From NCBI GenBank assembly GCA_029262535.1, contig JAJCZF010000073.1, forward strand, positions 3,870 through 67,869: a DNA stretch of 64,000 bases, in the 5' to 3' direction. Positions 37,650-46,327 of the stretch are shown here, one piece after another. The stretch is from Deltaproteobacteria bacterium. Lineage in GTDB: Bacteria > Desulfobacterota > GWC2-55-46 > JAJCZF01. Positions within the stretch are counted from its first letter, which is position 1; each line of letters begins with the position of its first letter. Position numbers and translations under genes: made by a program. Under the pieces are notes generated by a model that was not told the DNA's origin, did not search any database, and saw nothing but the letters and a program-made list of their open reading frames with translations.

Positions 37650-40600
37650 CTACTTCCTATGCCGATACAAGCTCTTATCGACCGTAGCCGACATCTTTTC
37701 GGGATTTAGCTCTTTGCCGATGAAGGCGCGGAGATCTTCGGCTACCTTTGTCGGCTCTTCGAGGGCGGCGTGGTAGGGGACCCTCAGTAGCTTTATCTTG
37801 CGGTTCTTCAAAAGGCCGTCCACCTGCCTTAGCTGTTGTTCGAATGTGGAGCGCAGACGGGCCTCGGTCAGGGCCGCGCCGTCCTTTTCCATGCGTTCGA
37901 GCATGGTGCGCTGGGAGGCCATTATCTCGTCCATCGGACGCTCCATAAATATTATACGGTATTCGAAACCGCCGCGAAGGTAAGGCAGGAGCGGCGCGAC
38001 GATCTTTACGGCCTTGCCCTGCGCCTCGGGCAGCCACATGGGGTCGGTCCTCAACTTCTTGGCGCGTTCGAATTCAAAGTAACCCTTGGGGTTGTCCTCG
38101 TCGGCCTTGCGCTCGTGGTCTGTCAGGCACTCCAGACCGCCTGCGTCCAACATCTGCATCATCATCGAAGTGCCGGAACGAGGAAGGCCGGTGACGATAG
38201 TTATAAAGTCGTCGCCTATTGGCGTAACCATACGCACGCCCTTATTCGGCGTCTCCGCTGCGCCCTCTGTAAGCTCATTATCTTCTTCAGGCTCCGCTGC
38301 CGCCTTCTCAACCTTTTGGGCCTTGAGCTTCTTTGCCGCTTCGCGGGCGCGGGCGCGGGCCTCTCGGACGCGCACCTTGGCCTCCTTACGCTGGTCGCGG
38401 CGCAGGTCGCGTATCTCCCTTACCATATCCTTATGGTCGGCGGCGAGTTCGGTATTCTTTAGACGGTATTTATATATATAGGCGAGCCGCTTATGGGCCT
38501 CCTCAAAGTTCGGGTTCTGCGAGATGGCGACCTTAAGGGCCTCGATAGCCTTATCTACCTTGCCGATACGGTGCAGGGCGATACCGAGATAATAATGGGC
38601 GCGAGGAAAGCTATAGAGTAAGCCCACGGCGGTCAGGGCGCTGTCGGCGGCCTTCATATTCTCACGTTTAGCGAGCTGGCTCATGGCAAGCCCCAGATAT
38701 GACTGCGCATTTTCCGGGTCTATCTTTATAGCCTTTTTAAATGATCTTTCCGCATTCTTCGGTTTTTTCAGACGAAGGAAGTTATGTCCGAGCTGGTTAT
38801 GAAGATAGGGCAGGCGCGGTCTGGCCTTTTCAGCGCGTTTCAGGTGTTCGAGCGCGCTCTCGTACCTGCGCTCCGCCATCATGACAAAACCCAGCAAGTA
38901 GTCGGAGCCGTAACGCGGCGGATTGGCCAGGGCGCGCAGGCGCCTCAGGTCGCGCTGCTCCTTGGGGGTGAATTTCGGGATAGAGTCGTCTTCCTGCCCT
39001 TCCGGTACAGGCTCTCCTTCCTCCCTTTCTACTACGGCCTCTGCGACATCTTCGGATTCTTTGATGAGTTCTTCTATTTCATCAGGCGCGTCGTCTACAT
39101 TCTCTACATCCGGCTGCGCGGGCGGAGCCGGTTCGACAGCCGGTATCGATTCGTCACCATCGATATTTACAGGCAAGGCGGCCTTTACGGCGTCGGCGAT
39201 ATCGGACTTCGCATCAGCCATCGTCTTCTCTAGTTCAATCTCTTCCTTGCTCTTGCCTTCGTCGGCCTTCTTTTTGGCTTCCGCGGCCTCTCTCTTTGCC
39301 TTTGCCGCCTCGCGTATGAGTTTAAGCTTCGGAAGAAAGTCCTTCTTCAGGGTCTTTCTCGACTCTATGGCGAGCCGTTTTTGCGTCTTTAATAGCTCTT
39401 CTATAGTCTTACGACACTCGGTATTAAGGCCGAGCGAATAGTAACAACTCGCAAGCCTGTTGGCGAAGCGAAGCTCCTCGGGCCAGTCGTTCCAGAGTTC
39501 CAAAAGTATCGGCAAAGCCTCGCCGTTACGGTTATCGTCTATATAGTCCTGCGCAAGGTTATAACGAAGCTCGCGCACCGTCTGCCTTACGGCCTCGTCC
39601 TTATCCTGTCCCGGATCTTCGATATAACCGAGGGCGACGAGCTGTTTTACGGCTTCAGCGGCCTCGACCGGGTCCATCTGGGCGTCGGGCGGGTGCGCGC
39701 CGTCGTCGCCTTCGACATCGTTCCAGCTCGGTATGGTCGTTATCTCCGGCTTTTCGGCAAAGGCCTGTACGAGCGGTTTGCCCTGCATATCCTCACCGAC
39801 CGGCAGGCCGAATAAGGTCAGGATTGTAGGCGTGATATCAAGCAGTGTCGAGCCGTATATAAGCTCGTCCTTCTTTATGCCCGGCCCCCTCATGGCTACG
39901 ATGCCGTATGGGCTGTGTTCCGCAGCAGGTCCGGCCGGTTCGAGAGGGATCTGCTTGGGGCGCATATTATCGGGATAGAAGCCGTGATCAGATACGATAA
40001 TAATCGTCGTATCGTCCCCTGCCAGATGCATAAGCGTACCGAGCATCATATCGTGGAAGCGGTAACCGGACTCGACGACCTCGCTATAGAGGTCAAAATC
40101 CTTCTGCGAGACATGGTCCTGTTTAGGAGGATGGTACTTCATAAAACCATGGCCGAAGTGATCTATGGCGTCGTAGTAAACACCCATAAAGTCCCACTCT
40201 TCGAGCTGTATACAGGCCGTTGCGCAGGCGTGTATGGAGGAGCAATCGGCTATGATCTTGGCGACCGACTCAAGCCGCTTGTCCTTATCCTGATCAATAT
40301 CAGCGGCCTTGGGCACGAAGGGCAGTATCTGTTCGGCCTCAAGCTCGCCGGGATGTACGCGCAACTTGGCTATATCTTCGATTAGGCGCTCGGGGTGTAT
40401 GGTGCCGGGCATTACGGGCCAGGGTTTGTCAATCGGCGCACCGGCGCGCTGGTATCTATTGGAGACCATAACGCCGTTGATCGGCTCGGCCGGATGCGAG
40501 GGCCACCAGCCTATGACGTTCGACTTCATGCCGTTTTGGTTAAGTATATTCCAGATAGCCTTGACGCTACGCGAAGCGGTCGTGATGGGACGGATGCCTC

Positions 40601-40847
40601 CGGTATGCGGATCGGGCTCGGTAAAGCCGTGTATGCCATGGCGATAGGGACGAACACCGGTGGCTATCGAAGTCCATAACATGGGAGAGAGCATGGGCTG
40701 GAGCGTTGCCAGGTTGCCCATGACCCCTTCGTTAATGAACCTTTCGAGCGCGGGCATCTTGCCCTGATCTATCAGCGGGTTTATCGCCTTCCAGTCGGCC
40801 GCGTCCCAGCCGATAACGAGCACCCTTTTAGCTATTCTCTTTGGCAT
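37650..40847 (-). CDS. Fusion protein: alkaline phosphatase-superfamily (NPP/phosphodiesterase-like) domain, TPRs and C-terminal PAPS-dependent sulfotransferase domain
   Basis: VIGWDAAD, LSPMLWTSIATG, DHFGH, SDHG, LVALGY; TPR helices (AHYYLGIAL, SYLGLAM); GLPRSGTS 5'-PSB loop, NPKGYFE, IFMER; no signal peptide. Confidence 0.88.
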   Translation of the reverse strand: MPKRIAKRVLVIGWDAADWKAINPLIDQGKMPALERFINEGVMGNLATLQPMLSPMLWTSIATGVRPYRHGIHGFTEPDPHTGGIRPITTASRSVKAIWNILNQNGMKSNVIGWWPSHPAEPINGVMVSNRYQRAGAPIDKPWPVMPGTIHPERLIEDIAKLRVHPGELEAEQILPFVPKAADIDQDKDKRLESVAKIIADCSSIHACATACIQLEEWDFMGVYYDAIDHFGHGFMKYHPPKQDHVSQKDFDLYSEVVESGYRFHDMMLGTLMHLAGDDTTIIIVSDHGFYPDNMRPKQIPLEPAGPAAEHSPYGIVAMRGPGIKKDELIYGSTLLDITPTILTLFGLPVGEDMQGKPLVQAFAEKPEITTIPSWNDVEGDDGAHPPDAQMDPVEAAEAVKQLVALGYIEDPGQDKDEAVRQTVRELRYNLAQDYIDDNRNGEALPILLELWNDWPEELRFANRLASCYYSLGLNTECRKTIEELLKTQKRLAIESRKTLKKDFLPKLKLIREAAKAKREAAEAKKKADEGKSKEEIELEKTMADAKSDIADAVKAALPVNIDGDESIPAVEPAPPAQPDVENVDDAPDEIEELIKESEDVAEAVVEREEGEPVPEGQEDDSIPKFTPKEQRDLRRLRALANPPRYGSDYLLGFVMMAERRYESALEHLKRAEKARPRLPYLHNQLGHNFLRLKKPKNAERSFKKAIKIDPENAQSYLGLAMSQLAKRENMKAADSALTAVGLLYSFPRAHYYLGIALHRIGKVDKAIEALKVAISQNPNFEEAHKRLAYIYKYRLKNTELAADHKDMVREIRDLRRDQRKEAKVRVREARARAREAAKKLKAQKVEKAAAEPEEDNELTEGAAETPNKGVRMVTPIGDDFITIVTGLPRSGTSMMMQMLDAGGLECLTDHERKADEDNPKGYFEFERAKKLRTDPMWLPEAQGKAVKIVAPLLPYLRGGFEYRIIFMERPMDEIMASQRTMLERMEKDGAALTEARLRSTFEQQLRQVDGLLKNRKIKLLRVPYHAALEEPTKVAEDLRAFIGKELNPEKMSATVDKSLYRHRK

Positions 40848-40868
40848 CTCTTTTCCTTAAAATAAAAA

Positions 40869-40898
40869 AATGGCGCATCACAAAAGTAATGCGCCATT
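40869..40898 (-). terminator. Terminator-like hairpin between the PEP-CTERM gene and the fusion-enzyme gene
   Basis: AATGGCGCAT/ATGCGCCATT stem followed on minus strand by TTTTTTATTTT, just before the AAGGA RBS of the enzyme. Confidence 0.7.
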
Positions 40899-40940
40899 AT
40901 AGCTTATTTGCTAAAGTACTTAAAGGGTTAATCAGAGGGT

Positions 40941-41702
40941 TCAGGCATTATTTGCCTGTGCCTTCTTACGTCTCCTCCTCCAGGCCATCAGTCCGCCCGC
41001 GCCCATCGCAAGGAGCGCCAAAGAAGCCGGTTCGGGTGTAGCCGCCGGGAGATGGCCCGCGCCTATGGGCGCGTCTGGCACAGTCTCATAGGCCCACTTG
41101 TATACTATCGCATATGCATTGATGGAACTCGACGAGGCAAAGACATCAACCCAACCGTAATGTGTATTGCCGCCGCGGTCGAACTTTACGCCTATAAAAC
41201 CGCGTACCTGAGGGAACTGACCGGCACCGGTGGAAGACCATCCTTCCTTCAGAAGCGTACCTGTCGTTGCAAACTGTGCCGCGCTGATAGACGAGCTGTA
41301 ACTAAAACGCTCTGCCACCGTCTTGCTGTATGTAGCAGTATATACTCCCGCTATAAGGTTGGTGCCTACCCCTGAAACATAGGCCTTGTGATTGCCGCCA
41401 CCATAGGCCTTGAAGTAGAAGTCCGACCCGAAAGAGCCGTCTATATCTATCGTCATGGTCACGGTGCCCGTACCGGAGAGTGAAACAGACGCTGTAGCGC
41501 CGCCCGTGATGATAGCGGCAGAGGCAGGAGAGACCGAAAGCGATACCGCACCGGCCGCCAGCGCAAGCGCCCCGGCGCTGTATGCGAGAAAAGAACTCTT
41601 TCTCTTACCCGAAAGGCTTAGCGCCGCCACGGACGAAGCCGAATAACCTTCAAGCCGCTTCTCTAGCGATACTTTAGCTCTATCTTTTTTGGAGATCATC
41701 AT
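40941..41702 (-). CDS. PEP-CTERM sorting-domain surface protein A
   Basis: C-terminal TPEPASLALLAMGAGGLMAWRRRRKK; long N-terminal leader ending ASA; GFIGVKF...THYGW motif. Confidence 0.9.
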   Translation of the reverse strand: MMISKKDRAKVSLEKRLEGYSASSVAALSLSGKRKSSFLAYSAGALALAAGAVSLSVSPASAAIITGGATASVSLSGTGTVTMTIDIDGSFGSDFYFKAYGGGNHKAYVSGVGTNLIAGVYTATYSKTVAERFSYSSSISAAQFATTGTLLKEGWSSTGAGQFPQVRGFIGVKFDRGGNTHYGWVDVFASSSSINAYAIVYKWAYETVPDAPIGAGHLPAATPEPASLALLAMGAGGLMAWRRRRKKAQANNA

Positions 41703-41790
41703 AGTTTTTAATTAACTCCTTTAGGTTCAATCATAAGCCCGCGTTCATCTCAAATAAAGACAGAGAGGTTTATTCTTCCTACATTAAACA

Positions 41791-41806
41791 AGCAATAAAG
41801 GGACCA
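41791..41806 (-). promoter_or_regulatory. Sigma54 -24/-12 promoter for PEP-CTERM gene A
   Basis: Minus strand TGGTCC-CTTTA-TTGCT (GG-N10-GC), about 90 bp upstream of the start. Confidence 0.72.
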
Positions 41807-41878
41807 ACAAGCTAAGGTGCTATTTTTATTGACTTATTTACATAAAATAAGGAGAAGAGAAAAAAATGATATCAATAC

Positions 41879-42070
41879 TGTAAAGCAAGTCGACATGAGG
41901 CGGAGGCGAGATAAATATTTTTCCAGTAAAAACAGGCACTTAATGGGGGGAGTTAAATACAGGGGGCGAAATCTGAACACCAGAGAAACTAGATAAAAAA
42001 TAGCTAACTAAAACAAATGGTTAGAAGAGAGGAATAGACAGCCTATGACAAAGTGTAAAAGAATCGGACA
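41879..42070. promoter_or_regulatory. Two TGTAAA-N7-GACA boxes, putative PrsR-type (PEP-CTERM box) enhancer sites
   Basis: TGTAAAGCAAGTCGACA (41879-41895) and TGTAAAAGAATCGGACA (42054-42070), upstream of the sigma54 site. Confidence 0.5.
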
Positions 42071-42287
42071 GTCACGCGCAACGCGACTGGCCAAATAGGA
42101 CGTACTACAACTCTTATCGGTCAGTTTTACGGCTTTAATATAAACTATCAGGTGTAAAGAGTAGCATACTTCCAATAGAAAAAAGAGGAGCCACACTAAT
42201 TCAAAGTTAAATAGCCGGTTCTTTCTTCTGCGCCACGCAGACAGTCGTCTGTCTCTTTCGCGGACTTAGTTAAGTAAGGCTCATTCT

Positions 42288-43097
42288 CTAGGAGTTACGC
42301 GCCGGAGCTTTTTTACGCCTTTTACGCCATGCAACGACACCGCCCGCGCCCATCGCCAGAAGGGCCAAAGAGGCCGGTTCGGGAGTGGCCGCAAGGTTTG
42401 GGATATGGGACCCGCCGAGGCCGTCGTCCCAGCCCCAGGCATATATCGTTATGGTAGAGGCGTCGGCGCTGACCGCGAGATCTATCCAGCCGTAATGGGT
42501 ACTGGCCGCGAGCTTTTCGAACTGTACGCCCAAAAATCCGCGCGTGCCGCGGAAGCTGCCACCGCTGGTGCTGGTCGTACTGTATGCGAGCAACCGCCCG
42601 GTAGCGGGCCGGGTGGAGGTCGAGTACGAGGAGACCGTCGTGGATGAAAAGTAGCTTGGAACGATGGTATTGCTTGCTGAGAAACGCCTTGCGTAAATAT
42701 TATTCGGGAGACCGGTGCGCGAGGCGGTCCCGGCAATAACGTTGGTAGAGTAGTTGATACCAGAGACCCTCGCTATATAATAGCTTGAGGTAGTCGAGAA
42801 GACCCTGAATCTGAAGTCGGCCGCAGCCCATGAATCAATATTAAGGTTGTAAGAAGAGCCTGAGGTGACTGTTATGGGCGAAGTAGGCGTATAGGTCTGT
42901 GGCGCGGCAACGGCACCGTTAGGAACGAGCGACGTAAGGGCCAGCGCGGCAGCGGCCCCGGCGGCGGAATAACCGAGACGCCTTGCGGATCTGCTCTTGC
43001 TATCCAGTGAAAGGGTCGAAGCAGCCGCCTCGGAGTACCCGGAAAGGCGTTTACTAAGAAGACCTGTTTCTTTTATCCGTGCAGACTTCTTAGCCAT
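42288..43097 (-). CDS. PEP-CTERM sorting-domain surface protein B (paralog of A)
   Basis: TPEPASLALLAMGAGGVVAWRKRRKK; RGFLGVQF...THYGW; very Ser/Thr-rich. Confidence 0.9.
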   Translation of the reverse strand: MAKKSARIKETGLLSKRLSGYSEAAASTLSLDSKSRSARRLGYSAAGAAAALALTSLVPNGAVAAPQTYTPTSPITVTSGSSYNLNIDSWAAADFRFRVFSTTSSYYIARVSGINYSTNVIAGTASRTGLPNNIYARRFSASNTIVPSYFSSTTVSSYSTSTRPATGRLLAYSTTSTSGGSFRGTRGFLGVQFEKLAASTHYGWIDLAVSADASTITIYAWGWDDGLGGSHIPNLAATPEPASLALLAMGAGGVVAWRKRRKKAPARNS

Positions 43098-43155
43098 AAG
43101 AACCTCGTATATAAGATTTGGATTAAATATAAGCGACTGTCGAATTTATTAAAAA

Positions 43156-43183
43156 ATTCTAACATAAGAGGCTCTCATGTCAA
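43156..43183 (-). promoter_or_regulatory. Sigma70 promoter for PEP-CTERM gene B
   Basis: TTGACA-16 bp-TAGAAT with extended -10 TG. Confidence 0.65.
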
Positions 43184-43259
43184 GTCAAAAAGCTTGAAAA
43201 AAGATGTTCTAGTCATTTCCGTCCCGTTATTAGAGCAAAACTCGCTGATTACGTCAAAA

Positions 43260-43291
43260 AAAGGCCCCTTTTCAATAGAAAAGGAGCCTTT
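43260..43291 (-). terminator. Intrinsic terminator after 43324-43599
   Basis: AAGGCTCCTTTTC/GAAAAGGGGCCTT stem followed by a T run on the minus strand. Confidence 0.65.
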
Positions 43292-43323
43292 ATTAATTTT
43301 TGATTATGGGCTTAAAGAGCTGC

Positions 43324-43599
43324 CTAAGACTCGTCAAATCTGTCGCAGATATCACAGCTCTCGCCCTTGCCGTGTTTTGACAGCTCCTGCTCGAATACTA
43401 CCAAACCGTCGCCCGCGCCGGGCCTTCTAATAATATCCTTGGTCATATCGAAACCGGCGCGTTTGAGCTTACGAAGCCACGCCCCGCCGTAGTCGAGCAA
43501 CTCTCCGCTCGTCACCTCGATCTGAAGCACGGTCTGAAGGTTCTCCTCATCGTAGAGACCATCTTTGTCGAGTTCGCCTGTTTTGTCTTTAGTAGCCAT
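43324..43599 (-). CDS. Small hypothetical protein
   Basis: 91-aa ORF with host-like codon use, followed by a terminator; C-terminal CDIC. Confidence 0.6.
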   Translation of the reverse strand: MATKDKTGELDKDGLYDEENLQTVLQIEVTSGELLDYGGAWLRKLKRAGFDMTKDIIRRPGAGDGLVVFEQELSKHGKGESCDICDRFDES

Positions 43600-43718
43600 A
43601 TATACAGAATACTACCGCCACAAAGAAAGAAATATGACTTAAATCAAATAATGGGGTTTATATAGATTTTTTTATTGCCGCAATTAAGGGAAAGAGTTCA
43701 TATTACTTAACGGTACTT

Positions 43719-43810
43719 GTTGGCTTTCGCGCGATAAAGCCGCGCTCTACCCAACCTACACTCTTTAAATGGTCTTTATCTAATTTTGTAGGCTTGGTAG
43801 CGCGTAACGC
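43719..43810. repeat. GTAG-type REP pair
   Basis: GCTCTACCCAACCTAC (reverse complement of the 36908 REP start) and a degenerate GTAGGCTTGGTAGCGC copy at 43788. Confidence 0.65.
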
Positions 43811-43992
43811 AGATTTTCAGGAGAGAAAACAATTCAAAAGGCGGAGAGGAGACTATCAGGTTTCTTGAAATTTTATCTGCGAAATTGGCCAACCGCACAC
43901 TGTGCGGTTGGCTTCGGGCACTGCGCGGCGCGGCGACGAAGAGGACGATTCCGCAAAACTACAACCGCGAAAATAAATGCACACCTGTGTGC

Positions 43993-44901
43993 CTAGTAGC
44001 CCCTCATGCGGCGGAGGTTTACGAGACGTTTAAATATACGGGATTTTTCCTTGGCGCTCTTTGCCGTGCGGAAGGCCTGCTCAAGGCGCGCAAGCTCGGG
44101 ATCGAAGGAGCCCTCCTGCCCTTCGGCAGGTTCGGGGGTCTTCTTTTTGGTCTCTATTATCTTTTTAAAGATACGGGATTTTTCTTTAGAGCTCTTTGCG
44201 TCGCGGAACTCCTTTTCAAGACGCGCAAGTTCAGGGTCGAAGGACTTAAAGACCTCCTTATTTACCTCCTCGTACTTGCCGCGAAGAGCGGCCTCAAGCA
44301 TCGATACCTCGGCAGGGCCGAGACAGAAGGCGCTCTTGGGGTCGGCAAGTATCTGAAACTTAAGACAGCCGACAGGCGTCCTCTCCGGGCCGCGTTCTAT
44401 TATGGAATAGGCGGCCTCAAGCATTAAAGGGTCCGGCCCGCGCACAGCCCTCTTTACGATAAAGCGCGTCTGCACGGCATTCATGGTGCCGATATACTGC
44501 CCGTCTCCCCAGCCGGCCCACGATGGCCTGTCCTTTGGGTCGAAACGGTGCTGCATCGAACGAAAGCTTGAGATGAAGAAACCAAGCTCGTCACCGAACT
44601 CGTAGGAGGTGTGATAGATAAAGCTATTGGCCTCCGCGTCAAAGTTATCGCCGATATTCATGACATTATCAGCGCTTATGACGTACTCGGATAGATCGAT
44701 GATGACGCGGCCCGTGCTGGAACGGCCCGCGAGAAAGAACTTGGTAAGCTCGGTCTCTCCCTCATGATTGAGTTTATAGGCGTAGTGCGTGCCAAGCTCC
44801 CCGCCCCCTTCGGTCGTGTCGATGACATCGGGATCGACGGCAAAGGCCGAGCCGGATAACGTAAAAAAAAGCAGCGCGCTTATAAATAGAAAATATTTCA
44901 T
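43993..44901 (-). CDS. Exported hypothetical protein with a C-terminal tandem 30-aa repeat
   Basis: Signal peptide MKYFLF...AFA; SFDPELARLE..FR.AKS.KEKSRIFK occurs twice. Confidence 0.75.
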   Translation of the reverse strand: MKYFLFISALLFFTLSGSAFAVDPDVIDTTEGGGELGTHYAYKLNHEGETELTKFFLAGRSSTGRVIIDLSEYVISADNVMNIGDNFDAEANSFIYHTSYEFGDELGFFISSFRSMQHRFDPKDRPSWAGWGDGQYIGTMNAVQTRFIVKRAVRGPDPLMLEAAYSIIERGPERTPVGCLKFQILADPKSAFCLGPAEVSMLEAALRGKYEEVNKEVFKSFDPELARLEKEFRDAKSSKEKSRIFKKIIETKKKTPEPAEGQEGSFDPELARLEQAFRTAKSAKEKSRIFKRLVNLRRMRGY

Positions 44902-44975
44902 AGGTATGGACAAAGCCCTTTGATAAAGTTTTTTCTATATTTTACCCCATTTCGAGAAAAAAACCAAGGCGATTG

Positions 44976-46139
44976 CTAACGCCCTTCGGTCCACTTCGAA
45001 AGCACCTTTTTTCTGTAGTTCATGAACGGGCGCTCCACAACCCGGTTGAGCATGGCAGAGACAGCCAGTACAATCAGGAAATATATAACGAACAAGACGA
45101 TAAACTCGGCATGGCTCGATACCGTTACGATACCCTTCATAGCCTTTACGACCGGCACGACAAGGATATAATGATATAGATACATAGTATAGCTGTACCC
45201 GGCCACCGTGGAGAAGAACTTTTTTGGATAGATAAAACGCCCGGCCCGCGCAAAGATGAGAAAAAGTATGAGCGAAGAAAAGCCCAGTCCGCCAACCGTA
45301 AATTGCCAGCATGTATTGAAGTACCCCCCACTGTGAGCGCCATATAGAAATATGCACCCTATGCCTGCCACGGCTCCGGCCAGGAGCAGGGCGAGCACGA
45401 GCGGGCGTGCCTTGGAAGCCCCATCTTCGCCGGCCCCGAAGAACTTAAAGTATTTTATGAATAAGTAAGCGCTAAGCACTCCGAACAATAACGAATCAAA
45501 ACGCGTATGAAAGGGCAGTCTTACGCCATACATCCAGTCTATGTCAGGTCCGTACACGAGGTGTCTTACGGCAAGCCCGGCGGCTATCAAGAACGCCACC
45601 CACAGGCCGGTCAAGCGCCACGAACGGCCCGCAAGGAAGACGAGCAAGAGAGGGGCGAGTATATAAAACTGCTCCTCCACGGCTAGCGACCAGTAAAGGT
45701 CCCGCTGAAGCACGCTCACGAAATAATTTTGCAGGTAAACGAGGTGCAGGAAAAAGTCCTTGAAGAAGACCGAAACGGAATCGGTATCGGCTATGTTGCC
45801 GTCCGAAAGGCCGGTAAAAAAGAGCAAGCCGAGCACGACGAGCGAGAAATAGTAGGCCGGAAAGATCCTAAGAAGCCGTTTGAAGTAGAACTTCTTCAGG
45901 CTGAACTCACCGGAGCGCGCCTCCTCCAATATCTGCCCACCTATAAGAAAGCCGCTAAGCACGAAAAAGAGCCCCACGCCGTTCCAGCCCCAGGCAATGA
46001 GTTTTGTCAAGAACCCCGGAGGTGTGACGAAGCGCTCGCCGAAGTGCGCGAACATCACAATGGTGATAGCGACGGCCCTGACAAGGTCGAGCTCGGGATA
46101 ATGCCTCTTGAAAAGGACCCTGTTATTTGTTTCGACCAT
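44976..46139 (-). CDS. Acyltransferase-3 (OafA/OatA-N-like) membrane O-acyltransferase
   Basis: LDLVRAVAI..V...H, GV.LFFVLSGFLI, FYFKRLLRIFPAYY, WSLAVEEQFY, SYTMYLYH. Confidence 0.93.
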   Translation of the reverse strand: MVETNNRVLFKRHYPELDLVRAVAITIVMFAHFGERFVTPPGFLTKLIAWGWNGVGLFFVLSGFLIGGQILEEARSGEFSLKKFYFKRLLRIFPAYYFSLVVLGLLFFTGLSDGNIADTDSVSVFFKDFFLHLVYLQNYFVSVLQRDLYWSLAVEEQFYILAPLLLVFLAGRSWRLTGLWVAFLIAAGLAVRHLVYGPDIDWMYGVRLPFHTRFDSLLFGVLSAYLFIKYFKFFGAGEDGASKARPLVLALLLAGAVAGIGCIFLYGAHSGGYFNTCWQFTVGGLGFSSLILFLIFARAGRFIYPKKFFSTVAGYSYTMYLYHYILVVPVVKAMKGIVTVSSHAEFIVLFVIYFLIVLAVSAMLNRVVERPFMNYRKKVLSKWTEGR

Positions 46140-46327
46140 AGTCTACGCCTTCTTTGAAATATAAAATATTACCTAACTAGCCCGAATAATGAAAGAATTT
46201 TCTCCGCCCCGTGGGACGGGCCGTTACCGCCCAACGAGTAATTACGGTTGTAATGAGCCTTTGAGTTGCTCTATAATGGCCGGAGCCGCCTTGGCTCAAG
46301 GCTAAATGAATTAGATCCGGGAGTTTC

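Noticed and set aside
40941-43097. Classical RiPP precursor peptides
   Set aside because: The proteins are ~260 aa with Sec-type and PEP-CTERM signals, and no peptidase, exporter or known RiPP maturase is adjacent; only the leader logic is analogous.
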